A stretch of 64,000 bases of DNA, taken from Saccostrea echinata (lineage: Eukaryota). Both the position numbers and the translations under genes were made by a program. Where the stretch lies: contig NW_026889806.1 of NCBI RefSeq assembly GCF_033153115.1, forward strand, positions 4,464,001-4,528,000. The letters are read 5' to 3'. The notes under the pieces are model-generated. The model was not told the origin of the DNA and ran no database searches. It saw only the letters and a list, made by a program, of their open reading frames with translations. Positions 1 through 12,200 of this stretch are shown here, one piece after another (position 1 is the first letter of the stretch; each line of letters starts with the position of its first letter).

Positions 1-496
1 TACCTAACATGTAAGTGAGTATACTAATAAACCAGATGTCTCTGAGGAGAATGTAGCTCTTTGAAGAAACGTAATTGGGTATATAACCTTTGTGTTTTAT
101 TTAATCTTATGTGAAATTAAATCATTCTGATAGGAGGTACAAGTAAAATAATGTTTTTGATTTCTAAGTGATGAAATATAGATCATTCCTTTTAGTAAAA
201 TTGGAAAATAAAAACTTATTTTGTGTATTTACATGTCTTTTAAGGACGATGTTTATTGATATGAGCTAATTTGTCGTTATACCTTTGAAAATAGTTTTCT
301 ATGAAAATGTAAAATTAAAAAAAAATGTTGGATTGGTCGGTGAGATGTTGGACCGTGACTCCGCTACATGTTTTTTACGTCACACTTGATATTAATTTGG
401 CCATCTTAGGCGGGAAATTGACACGAGCCGAAGTGACAGAGTTAAATCTGAATTGTGATTAAATATTGTCATGTGCATCGCAAAGATTAGAAACAG

Positions 497-597
497 TGCA
501 AGATTTTTATAGGAATGAAATATGGAGATAACGAACAGTAATCGAGCTCAAAAATCTATAAAACCAATACAGATCGAGAGCAGAGCAACACGGAGCT

Positions 598-638
<41 letters not shown>

Positions 639-690
639 GAGGTGGGATCAGATGTCATGGAGGAGTAAACATCTCCTGTCGATCGGTCAC
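497..690 (-). mobile_element. Short Penelope-associated terminal unit (other copies at about 29170-29275 and 35062-35252)
   Basis: Shared core GTGACCG(G/A)TCGACAGG(G/A)GATG(C/T)TTACT..CTGATCCCA(C/T)CTCTGAT. Confidence 0.6.
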
Positions 691-1706
691 AAGGAAACGA
701 TTTTAAAGATCAAATCATTGATATAAATTGGGTTTTTAGGCAGAATGCAATGGTCTCAGGCAATAATTACATTTTGATTACGGGTATGACAAAACGCATC
801 TTGGTCCCGAGCCCAGTCAATAAATGTGGGAAACATGCCAAAATGAGAGAAGACAAGAATTCAGAGCGTGTTTATGATAAATATATAGAATCGTCCGTTC
901 TACCAATGACAATGAAAATACGAAAACATCCTTTTATTATGAAATTACATGACATTTATCAATAAAGAATTGCACGCACCCAATTTCTTCCATTCAGTAT
1001 CAGACATGCTTGTAAATAATGTAAACTCCCCCCTAATGATGAACTGTGCTGATAATAAACTTTGGAATTATTTGGTGTTATTTAAATCTAAAAATAATGG
1101 TTGCGCACATTGTACACGACGTGTTAAAATTTTGACAGTCAGTTATTTTCAAAAGGTCTCAGTGTCTATTATGGTTGTAACCAATTCTATAATGCATGTA
1201 TACCAGGCGTGGCTCTTCCGAATCATGATAATGGAATTGTACGTATAATTAAATCAACTTGTTTATCGAGGGAGTTGAAAATGCTTCTGTGGAAACATTG
1301 GGAAGGTGTGTCGGGAGACAAGGAAAGAACTGAAAAACCAGCAATAAATCAACTCACACCAGGACCATATACATGCATCAATGATTTCTTTAGACCGAAT
1401 TCTAAAAAATATGCAGTTTGAAAGTTATCAAGATTTTGAGTTGATATTTATCAACATATTTTCTACATATGGTACGTGCCATTCTCCCACAGGAATATCA
1501 TTCAAACTAATGATGAACAGAAATCACTGTTTCTTACATTAATGAAGAAAACACATGCCTAAAAATATATATATGGATATATATTGATTATATTCAATTA
1601 ACTCATCTTTAATTTAATGTTAAGAATACTTATATTTGATATATTTAATCGAGTATTAACTATGTATTGTACCTTAGATTTTTAGAATTAAAGGACAGAT
1701 CACTTT

Positions 1707-2020
1707 CAGTGGCGTAGCTAGGTACAAAATGAAGTGCATGCTGAAAGTGGCAGGGGGTTTGGGGCCGCCCTGAGGGCCCCAGTGGGTCCAGGGCGAAGCC
1801 CTGGTGGGGGTCCAGGGGGCGAAGCCCCCAGAAGCTCCTGGATTCTGACGATTTTAACACGCATAAAATCATTAAAAAAATCGAAAAAGATGTTGATTTC
1901 CATTGGATTCTGTATAGCTTGAAATGGATTACAAGATGCTGATTTCTATATAGCTTGAATTGGATTACGAGATGTTGATTTCTATATAGCTTGAATTGGA
2001 TTACGAGATGTTGATTACTA
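1707..2020. mobile_element. End of a CAGTGGCGTAGC-type non-autonomous DNA transposon followed by a 33-bp tandem repeat
   Basis: CAGTGGCGTAGCTAGG terminus, GC-rich GGGTCCAGGG..GAAGCCC units and three GATGTTGATTTCTATATAGCTTGAATTGGATTAC repeats. The other end was not found. Confidence 0.5.
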
Positions 2021-5000
2021 TATAAAATGTATTTATAAATTTTGTCTATTTGTTGCCTTATTCATTCGTTGTGTAAAAGCTAGGTGACGTCATCCTTCAC
2101 ATAGTCCAATATTATTTTTGGAGTACAATATTAGATATAATACTGTATACTCCTGAAAATGATATTGAACTATAGCTATAGTATGTACAAGACATTTCAA
2201 ATCTTTTATTTTTTTTGTTATAAAAGAGAAGATCGGATGAAACCTTCATGTATCGAAAGTAATTTTTTAGTACTTTACAGTGAAATAAATTTCAACCAAT
2301 TTGGGACTTGAATTTAGAATAAATTCATAAGCTATTAATTATTATACATACCGGTATTTGACATGACGTCATATAGGCATCGGGGCATGTTTGCAGGTCA
2401 CGGAAGATGTTTGATTACTCGCTTTAAAAGATGAAAAAAATTCTTCGCTTTTCGAGAACAAGTAACTGTTTAGAGGTACTCGCTGTATGTCAAATCAAAT
2501 TTGTTTATATAAAGACAATTTATTCCAATTTTTCATATTGAAATTGCGATAACCTAAAATTTCATTGAATGGGACATCCTAAAAGAACTTCGTTTTAGTG
2601 GTTTTCCATATCCTTTCTCTGAACAAAGGTTCTCAACAAATATGTTAGATCCAAATGTGATGTTTTAGAACAATCCTGTGAAATTTCGAAAAGCTGTGAG
2701 GAGATTTTGTACTTTTTCGAGAAAAGGTATCTGTTGAAGGTGCTTCTCTTTATATTTTGTACCTAATAAATGAATGGTACGATATTTTTAATCATGGTAG
2801 CATTTTGAAGGTGTAATCAAATAAACATACTCCACCAAAGGAATCTACAAAATTTTGATTACTGTCCAATTTTTTACATTGAAGTCTTTGGGCAGTGCAT
2901 GTTTTACTAAGATATTGTAAAAAGTAATTTGAACTTCATATAAATCTCTTGGTGAAAATATGCAAAAACTCCCTCTTTATTAATATATGAAATAAAATGA
3001 ATCATTTACAACAGATATTTTGACAAATTTTCTTCTTTTCATCAAGGGCAGATAACTCTTCAAAAACGTTTAAGCAAAATGGCCGGCTTCATATATGTTA
3101 TCAGTCTTATGAATTTAGTTCATTTCACTTTCATCGTTTTCTAGCAAAATATATTTAACTAATTTAAAATGATTCAAAATCGTTCAATATCCCTTCATTA
3201 TACATTGAATACCTTAAGCAAGGACAAGCAATAATATATTTACTTTATTGGGCATTTAAATTAGGAGTTACAGGTGTATATCAATATTTCCTTTATTTAT
3301 TTTATTTCAATTGTAAATACTAGTATTTGTAATTCCGTCATTTTTGTTTCAGAGGTGGAACCAGGATTTTTTTTTCCGGGGGGGGGGGGGAGGAGGGGTG
3401 TCTCATGTCAGAATTGGAATTTTTTGCCATGCAACAACCCCCCCCCCTCCCAAAAAAAAAAAACGAAAACAATTTGCCCAAACCTGGAAAACCCCGGGGC
3501 TAGGAGGTACTTTTCCTCAAATACCGTTTTATGGTCGATCCGTTTTTACTAAGGGGGGGGGGGGGGTCCAACTTCCAAAGTCTTTCTCCCGTTACTTTTA
3601 CATAAAAATTTAACAACTCTTAGAATTCCAGCCCCCACCCCGATCCACCCTCTACATATACATCTGCCCCTGTGTTTATTTCAACCTAACCTCACATTAA
3701 TGTCTTATTTTTTCTGAATGAATGCTATATAAGTGGTAAAGTTGTTATCGATAACTTTAAGCTTCTTGTGCAAAGATTATCGAAATCTATATATATTTGT
3801 TTTGTTGGTTTTCATTCAATATGTAGAAAATCAATATTATTTATTATGTTAAAAAGTACTCTCTGGAAGGATTTGATATAATTTATAAGTATATATTAAA
3901 ACGAAGCATTTATCTGAATAAAATTATGATAAAATTTCTTCTTTTAGTATATTAACATTTGAGATGTTTTAAAATATGAGTCTTGAATCTCAAGAAGTTA
4001 TATCTTCATCATATTTTTCCCTTTGAACGTTGTCTTACACTTTGAATTAAATATCTCTATCAAACAAGACTGCTGTATTTCTATAATAAGATACAAAGTG
4101 CTTTTTCAAATCACCACATTTTCTCTGTTCCAATTTGATTTTTTTGCAAGCTCATCCCTTAATAGCTTATTTACTAGAAAATTCTGAACTCGAAAGGGGA
4201 ATCCGGTGTAAAATATACTTTCTCATACAAATTCCAATGTTTTGAGTTTTGTAATGTTCAAAATTGTCATCCATGTAAAATTGAATAGTTAGAAAAAATA
4301 TACACACGTACAGACAAATGGAGGAAAACAGTTGTATTCTAATATTCCAATGGCATACTTTAATGGCCCAGCATTTGATTTACCATAGAAGAAATTGTTT
4401 TAAAAAAAAAAGAACACAGAATTAACCCCCCTCCCACACCCACCCCCAAAAATTTAAAAATTCCAAAAGTTCCTAGCTTTATAAATAAAATATACCTGAG
4501 AGAGCAAAGTTCCCAGCCAGACAGAAGACCGCTAAAATCCATTTCTCACTCATTATTTGCCCATTTACTGCTACCTTTTAGTCGCTAATTAATTAATTAT
4601 GTTGTTCTGAAGAGTCTCTTGTTGTTTTGTTTTTTATTGACCTGGTGCATCGTGAACTGATTCCTATCTCTGGGGGTCGCTGTGTCTTTTTGCTTTGGTG
4701 TTAAACAGACAAACATTTATCATAAAACATTATCTATCAGAGTATTTGTACCAGATACTGGGTTCAACAATAAGAAACACAGGATTGGATTTTAAATCTA
4801 GCTCTTCAGTAATTACGTTAACTTTACTATGTTAATAATATTGCGTAAATATCTTCTTAAGTTCAGTGTAGTTTGATATTTAATCTTTTATACATCATGA
4901 AAACAATTAATTATAGAAAGACATAAAGGGGGATATCTCAACAGCACCGATGTTTTAGTTAAGTGATTAGAACAAAAAAAAGTTTAACAATCTATCTTTA

Positions 5001-6200
5001 AATTAATTTCTTATTACACTTATAGGTGCAAGTGGACACCCCTCTCCATTTTTCACTCTCAGCTAAATATACCCAATGTCCAGGTATTTTCAAACGCGGA
5101 TCTAGAGGGGTCCGGACCCCCTCCATCCACTTTGATATTCAGAATTATTTTATTTACATAGTGAATGCGACTTGTCCTAGTGGAACCCACTCCCCTTCCC
5201 ACGGAAAAAAAATCCAGGATCCGCGGACGATTTTTGTTTATTTGATTTGTTTCTTAATTATCCTAGCATACATTTACCTTAATGTTCAATATAACCCCCC
5301 CCCCCCCCCCCAACAAACAAACAAACAACTCAAAACCTAGAACAAATGTTTTATGAAACGATACACGCATAAGCCACAACAGTTGACCTTCCATGGACTT
5401 GAGCAACCGGTAATATTTCTGTGGACAGTCAGTAACAAACATTTTAAAGTTTTAATATAACATTATTACAAATAAACGTAAACAACCCTACCCAGCTGCA
5501 TCAATATGACTAACATGACCTTATTGTTCTGGAGAAGAAAATTATTAAACAACTTTTTTCCTGTGTACATGTATTGTGTGACTTATGATTTTAGTCCCAA
5601 AGGGTCCATCATTTGAAGATAAAAAATATATCGACAACTTGGGAATGTTTGCATATTAAGTGTGGTTGCTGCTTCTATGTCAGGAAGCTTTCACATGCTT
5701 CATCTTTTTATCTTATTGGTTCTTGAGATTTTTAAGACACTGACCTATTTTAGCTACTCTTCATTACCTCCTCTTTCAAGAAGGTTTGAGGGTATGGTCC
5801 CTCATTTGTACAGACTTAAATCCACTTTATATTTAGTGCCTTTATCAAAAGATACTTTGATTGAAACTGATCCAGCTGTTCTGGACAAGAGATCGACAAT
5901 GTAAAAATAAAAATCATAATAGACAGATGGACATACAGGAGACAGGTGATCAGAAAACTTGAACCTTCATTCCGCGTGAGCAAAAAAAATATAGTATAAA
6001 ATAAACTAGAATTTGAATAACTGATATTTTTATCTGCTCATGTCATAAAAAAGGTACATGAAATAGTGAGGCAGATATTCAGTCATCTACTTCTATAATA
6101 TAGTTTAAACAAAGTGAAAGCAAGAAAAAGCAAGAAAGTCACAGATATAGTTGTCTGCTCAAAAGACAAGATAATCAAAACATGAAATGAAGCTAGCTAT

Positions 6201-7550
6201 CGATATGCAGGCCTGTTTTTGTTATTTAATATGTAGGCTTGTTTTTGTTATTTGATATGTAGGTCTGTTTTGTTATTTGATATGTAGGCCTGTTTTTGTT
6301 ATTTAATATGTAGGCTTGTTTTTGTTATTTGATATGTAGGTCTGTTTTTGTTATTTGATATGTTGGCCTGTTTTTGTTATTTGATATGTAGGCCTATTTT
6401 TATTTGATATGAAGGCCTGTTTTTGTTATTTGATATGTAGGCCTATTTTTGTTATTTGATATGTAGGTCTGTTTTTGTTATTTGATATGTAGGCCTATTT
6501 TTGTTATTTGATATGAAGGCCTGTTTTTGTTATTTGATATGTAGGCCTGTTTTTGTTATTTGATATGTAGGTCTGTTTTTGTTATTTGATATGAAGGCCT
6601 GTTTTTGTTTTTTGATATGAAGGCCTGTTTTTGATATTTGATATGTAGGCCTATTTTTGTTATTTGATATGAAGGCCTATTCTTGTTATTTGATATGTAG
6701 GCCTGTTTTTGTTATTTGATATGTAGGCCTGTTTTTGTTATTTGATATGAAGGCCTATTTTTGTTATTTGATATGTAGGCCTGTTTTTGATATTTGATAT
6801 GAAGGCCTATTTTTGTTATTTAATATGTAGGCCTGTTTTTGTTATTTGATATGAAGGCCTGTTTTTGTTATTTGATATGTAGGTCTGTTTTGTTATTTGA
6901 TATGTAGGCATATTTTTGTTATTTGATATGAAGGCCTGTTTTTGTTATTTGATATGTAGGTCTGTTTTGTTATTTAATATGTAGGCCTGTTTTTGTTATT
7001 TGATATGTAGGTCTGTTTTTGTTATTTGATATGTTGGCCTGTTTTTGTTATTGATATGTAGGCCTATTTTTGTTATTTGATATGTAGGCCTGTTTTTGTT
7101 ATTTGATATGAAGGCCTGTTTTTGTTATTTGATATGAAGGCCTGTTTTTGATATTTGATATGTAGGCCTATTTTTGTTATTTGATATGAAGGCCTATTTA
7201 TGTTATTTGATATGTAGGCCTATTTTTGTTATTTGATATGTAGGCCTGTTTTTGTTATTTGATATGAAGGACTGTTTTTGTTATTTGATATGTAGGCCTG
7301 TTTTTGTTATTTGATATGTAGGCCTGTTTTTGTTATTTGATATGTAGGCCTGTTTTGTTATTTGATATGTAGGTCTTTTTTGTTATTTGATATGTAGGCC
7401 TGTTTTTGTTATTTGATATGTAGGCCTATTTTTGTTATTTGATATGTAGGCCTGTTTTTGTTATTTCATACGTAGGCCTGTTTTTGTGTTATTTGATATG
7501 TAGGCCTGTTTTGTTATTTGATATGTAGGCCTGTTTTTGTCATTTGATAC
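6201..7550. repeat. Minisatellite, 26-bp unit TATTTGATATGTAGGCCTGTTTTTGT, about 50 copies
   Basis: Directly visible tandem array with recurrent variants (GTAGG/GAAGG, CCTG/CCTA/TCTG). Confidence 0.95.
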
Positions 7551-7729
7551 ATAAGCTTGTTCAAGCATTTTTGTTATATATGGAGAAAAACAACAGTCTA
7601 TTTATCTCTGTGTAGTGAAAAACTGAGCGAAGTTAAAGTAAGTAGGTTGTTTTCCAGTACTCCAAAATATTTTTTTCCAACATAAAAATCTGCACTAGAT
7701 CAAACTCTAAATCTGTCTGTTATACAATT

Positions 7730-8378
7730 CTAACAGCCAAACATAGGTAATCAAAGATTACGAAGCTCACCTCGACGAATGTTATCTATAAGTAAGGCAA
7801 ATTTCACATCATATTTTTTTCTAGTTAGGGAACATCCCAAGATCAATATCCTTGCAAGTTTGGTTTAAGTAGGACTTGTAGTTACTTGGAAATAGACCTG
7901 CTCAAAAAACTTTTAACCTATTTAGTAATCAAGAAAATTTTGGTCAGTTCCAACATCCAAAGCAAGTCTGGAAGTTTTCATCCTTAGATGCACCATCTAT
8001 GCAAGTTTAATCATAACAGGCCATAATATTATATAGCTACACCAAAAAAATTACCCTGGTCGCTCATCTGGATAATGTAGGTCAGATTCAGAATCCAAAG
8101 CAAGTCTGGTAGTGTCCATCCCTAGATACATCATCCATGCTAATTTGGTTAAAATATGGCTAAAATTCACTCATGTAGAAAATCTAGGTCAGATCCAGCA
8201 TCCGAAGCAGGTGTGATAGTGTCCATCCCTAGATACATCATCCATGCAAGTTTGGTCCAGGTAGGGCTAATAGTTACTTGGGAATGGGACTTGCTCCTAA
8301 AACTTTAACCGGGATGCCGACGCTAACGCCGATGGTATAGCATAAGCTCATCTCCACTTCGTTGAGGTGAGCTAAAAA
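7730..8378 (-). mobile_element. Helentron/HINE-like non-autonomous element with internal tandem repeats
   Basis: Terminal AGCTCATCTC..GAGGTGAGCTAAAA hairpin, a matching AGCTCACCTC near 7765, and about 110-bp internal repeats (GTGTCCATCCCTAGATACATCATCCATGC). Confidence 0.6.
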
Positions 8379-9254
8379 TGTAAGAAATCTAAATACAGGG
8401 GCCCTAAATCTGCACAATCTCCAGCAAAATAAATGTCCGTCTTCAGCCTTTAAATCATTTATCAAACCATCAACTGCTCATCACATTTAATCTGAATATA
8501 CCTTAAATTCTTCCCCCACAAATTAAATTCATTCAATCATTCTCAAATTAAAGATAAAAGATTTTTATACAAGCAAAAAAAAAGCCATAAAACAAGATTT
8601 TGTAGAAATCAGTTTTATTTGTATAATATGCACATAGCTATATGAAAATTCTTAATCAATATTCACATGGAGTATCTTCTCGTAATTAATTAGCTTGTTT
8701 CCACTATTTTTCTGGAGCAAGTACAGAACAATTTAGGAACATCACATTAAACAACATATCATTTTTATTCCCAAATGCCAGAATAAATTTTGAAAACTAA
8801 ATTGTATAAAAAGGTAATCCAAAAAGTTAGAACATGTAGATTTTTGCCTTCTTCCTATAATTATTAATATGTATCACTTTGTAAAAAAAAAATTAGTAAA
8901 ATACAACATGGACTGAAATGTACATTATCTACCTGTACTAATTACAGGTATGTTATTAAGGAACACATTCACTGAATTATAGGTACTAATCTCTAGGAAA
9001 TTATTGTCAGAATATATCAGTTACATAAAACAGGTCTGTGCAGTCTTTTGGACACCATTCAACAGAAGATGAAAATTTTAATGAACATTATTCAAGTGGA
9101 GGGGGATACAATTTATTCGGATCATTAGGTCACAGTTTTGAGGAACATTAATCTTTCATACAATCAACACGTTGTCTTGAAGTTCTTTACAGCGATTCAC
9201 TGATGTATAAATAACAGAACACTATGTAGGCAATCCCAGAGTTCTGTCCCTTTG

Positions 9255-12200
9255 CTAACTCTCCTTGGCCACCAGGACACCTCCTGTTTTCACATCTTTG
9301 CTGGATTTCTCCATGTCTTTGGATTCCTCTCCTTTTATCTTTAGATTATACTTTGTTCTGTATTTGTTGATCTCACTTCCCTTAGTTTCTAGTTGTTTTG
9401 ATAATGATTCTACAAGTTTACCCATCTGTAAAAAACAGTTTGAGAATAATTTATTATCTTGAGTTTTCCTTCATGTATATATTGTATAAGGAATTTACAA
9501 AATTTACAAAAAGCTTAGGGGAAAAATACCATTAATATCAAATCAATTACTCTTAGTTTTACTAAATTCAGTCATCAAAAATTTCTTTTAATGAATCTGT
9601 CACTTTAAAAAAATTAAAATAATTCATTCCGAAGTGAATTCTAAACTAAATACAGAATCAGTTATTGTAAATTTCAAAGCACTAAAGTTTCTAAATCAAT
9701 GTTTTGTTAAGCAGCAAGTTGTTTACTTAACACAAAAGTTTATTACCTGTTCCTTATTGTTCACTAATGCCGGAAGAACATCTTTGACTGTCCTCTCAAC
9801 TAAAACACCCCCCACCATTCTAAAGCACTTCCTATCTGGGGCAACATCTTTCAGTGTCTCTATAACCAGTCTAAAAATAAGCATTAAGAGATTATGTTTA
9901 TTGTCTGTCATATCAAGTTACAAGAAATAATAAAGATAGCAATAGGTTTTGATAATTAATTTTGATAGGTATTATAATCTGTTTTGACAAACATGACTGG
10001 TGTTCAGTAATTAAGACATGTGCTTGCCCCAACGGCCACAACATGAAACATATTATAATAAATCTGAGTAAACAAATTGTAGTTTCAATTCATTTCAGAT
10101 TAAAGGTAAATGCAACATAAAATTAAAACTTATTAAAGGAAAAAAATGCATTATAAGCATATAACAGTAGCCCTTCTTACAAAATATCTTACGATTAATT
10201 TTCATGGAAAGAGGAATCTTACAGTTTTATTCTTTTTTATAAAAATTCTTATGAAAATCTCATGTGTAAAATTTGCCATAACTTTACAAGAGCTCTAACC
10301 CTCTCGTTAATTTTGAATCCTATTTTAATTTTAAAATATAACATTTAATAAATACAAGGTTAATAGAACTTTTTAATGCATCCTACAATACTCTTTTATA
10401 ATAATTTCACAAATTAAATGAAATATACCTCAAAATATTTATGATGACCATTCCCCTTATCTGTTATGAATGCATTCGTGAAAAGCACTTAAGATTTGGC
10501 GTAAGTGACTCTTAGTTAAAATCTTTAAAAAAAAAAAACAAACAAAAAAAAAAAACAAACAAAAAAACAACTTTAAGATTTTTTTGTGAAAAGGGCTACA
10601 AATCTTCTGAATATCTTATGGTATTTAAGCACATATCTCTAAAAGTCCCTGTGCTTCATACATGTAGTAGGAAAGGAGAAATGCATGAAGAAAACATATG
10701 GCTGGACCAGGAATTGAACCTGGGACCCCTGTATTACTAGTCAGGTTCTCTAACCACTGAGCTATCCAGGCCGATATCCACCGTCTGTACCTGAACTTCT
10801 ACATTCCTCCTAATCTGAGATTCCTCTGACTCTAACCCCTATTTTGACATGTGCAGGGGACCTGCACATGTCACAATATAAAAGCAGGGGTTAGAGTCGA
10901 AGGAATCTCGGATTACATTCCTCCCTCCTTAAACAGTCTTCGATCTCAAAGACACAAGTTCTAGGGCCCTGCCAGGAATTACTAATTTACACATAACGTA
11001 ACCTGAACATGGCCCCCCACACTGGCCACCAAATGTACCGTATATACTCGCCTATAAATCGGTTTTTTGGGAGTTAACTTTTAGTCCAAAACTCTATGTC
11101 TGACTTATAGGCGAGTCATCAAAAGCTTGGTATTTTTCTAGACGACGAAATGTACCGGTAGTATTTTTAACATAACTTCGACGATTATCGTTGAGAAATG
11201 TCTGGACGTATTATATTATTTATGTATTCTAAGATTATATATAAAGTACAAGTATTTACATGTTTGAATGATTTTATTTTGATCTTAAGTGTATATTATT
11301 TATTTGATTAATTATAAACAAAAATATTTCTCTAATTAACTTGTGACTTACTGTAAATCTATCGTTTGTCAGTAAAATTGAATTGCGAACCCGATATACC
11401 GGTAATACGTTCAGCATTAATGTATAATTATATGTACTGTCTGCAATGTTTTTGACAACAGAAATAATATTCTTAAAAATAATTCAGAATATTATTCTGG
11501 GGCTAATAAAACTCGATTGTTTATGAATGAATATTGAATGAATGAATGAATATTCCAATGTTTAGTACACGATTTTCTTGGGGCGCGTGCCACTAAATAA
11601 ATACGGTGTCAGGTAAGGGATACAGGTAATTAAGAGACAGTAATTGCTAATAAAGGATCAAACATAGCGTTATTAAAAACTATAGATATGGCTTGGACAT
11701 TGAGCACCTCCTAATTAAAAATCATCAAAATGCCGAGCGCATGGCGAAGGAACAGTTGCTACCTATATTTTTATCGACTTAGGTCTGTTGCGGCCGAGAT
11801 TCGAACTCACGACCTCCCGATCACAAAGCGAGCGCTCTACCGACTGAGCTACCGTGAACGGTAAATTTATAGGAGAAGACAAAAGAGAGAGAAAATATCG
11901 GCGTAATTTCTCAAAATATTATTTGAAACACATGTTAAAACATTAGAGCATTGATTTGAAATTGTCCACCAATCCTGGCAAAAAGTTGTACCGACTTATA
12001 GGCAGGTCAATGGCAAATACCTCCATAATAACCTCAAAATTCACAACCGACTTATAGGCGGACCGACTTATAGGCGAGTATATACGGTAGTAGGAAAGGA
12101 GAAATGCATGAAGAAAACACATGGCCATAGGAAAGGGGGGGGGCATGCCCCCCAATAATTTTGCCGATATATAGATTACTATAGTAAACATAGGTACTAT

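Noticed and set aside
750-5900. Short ORFs as exons of a further gene
   Set aside because: No recognisable motifs or consistent splice chain were found; the region looks like decayed repeats.
6201-7550. CRISPR-like array
   Set aside because: The units are contiguous with no unique spacers, the context is eukaryotic and there are no cas genes.
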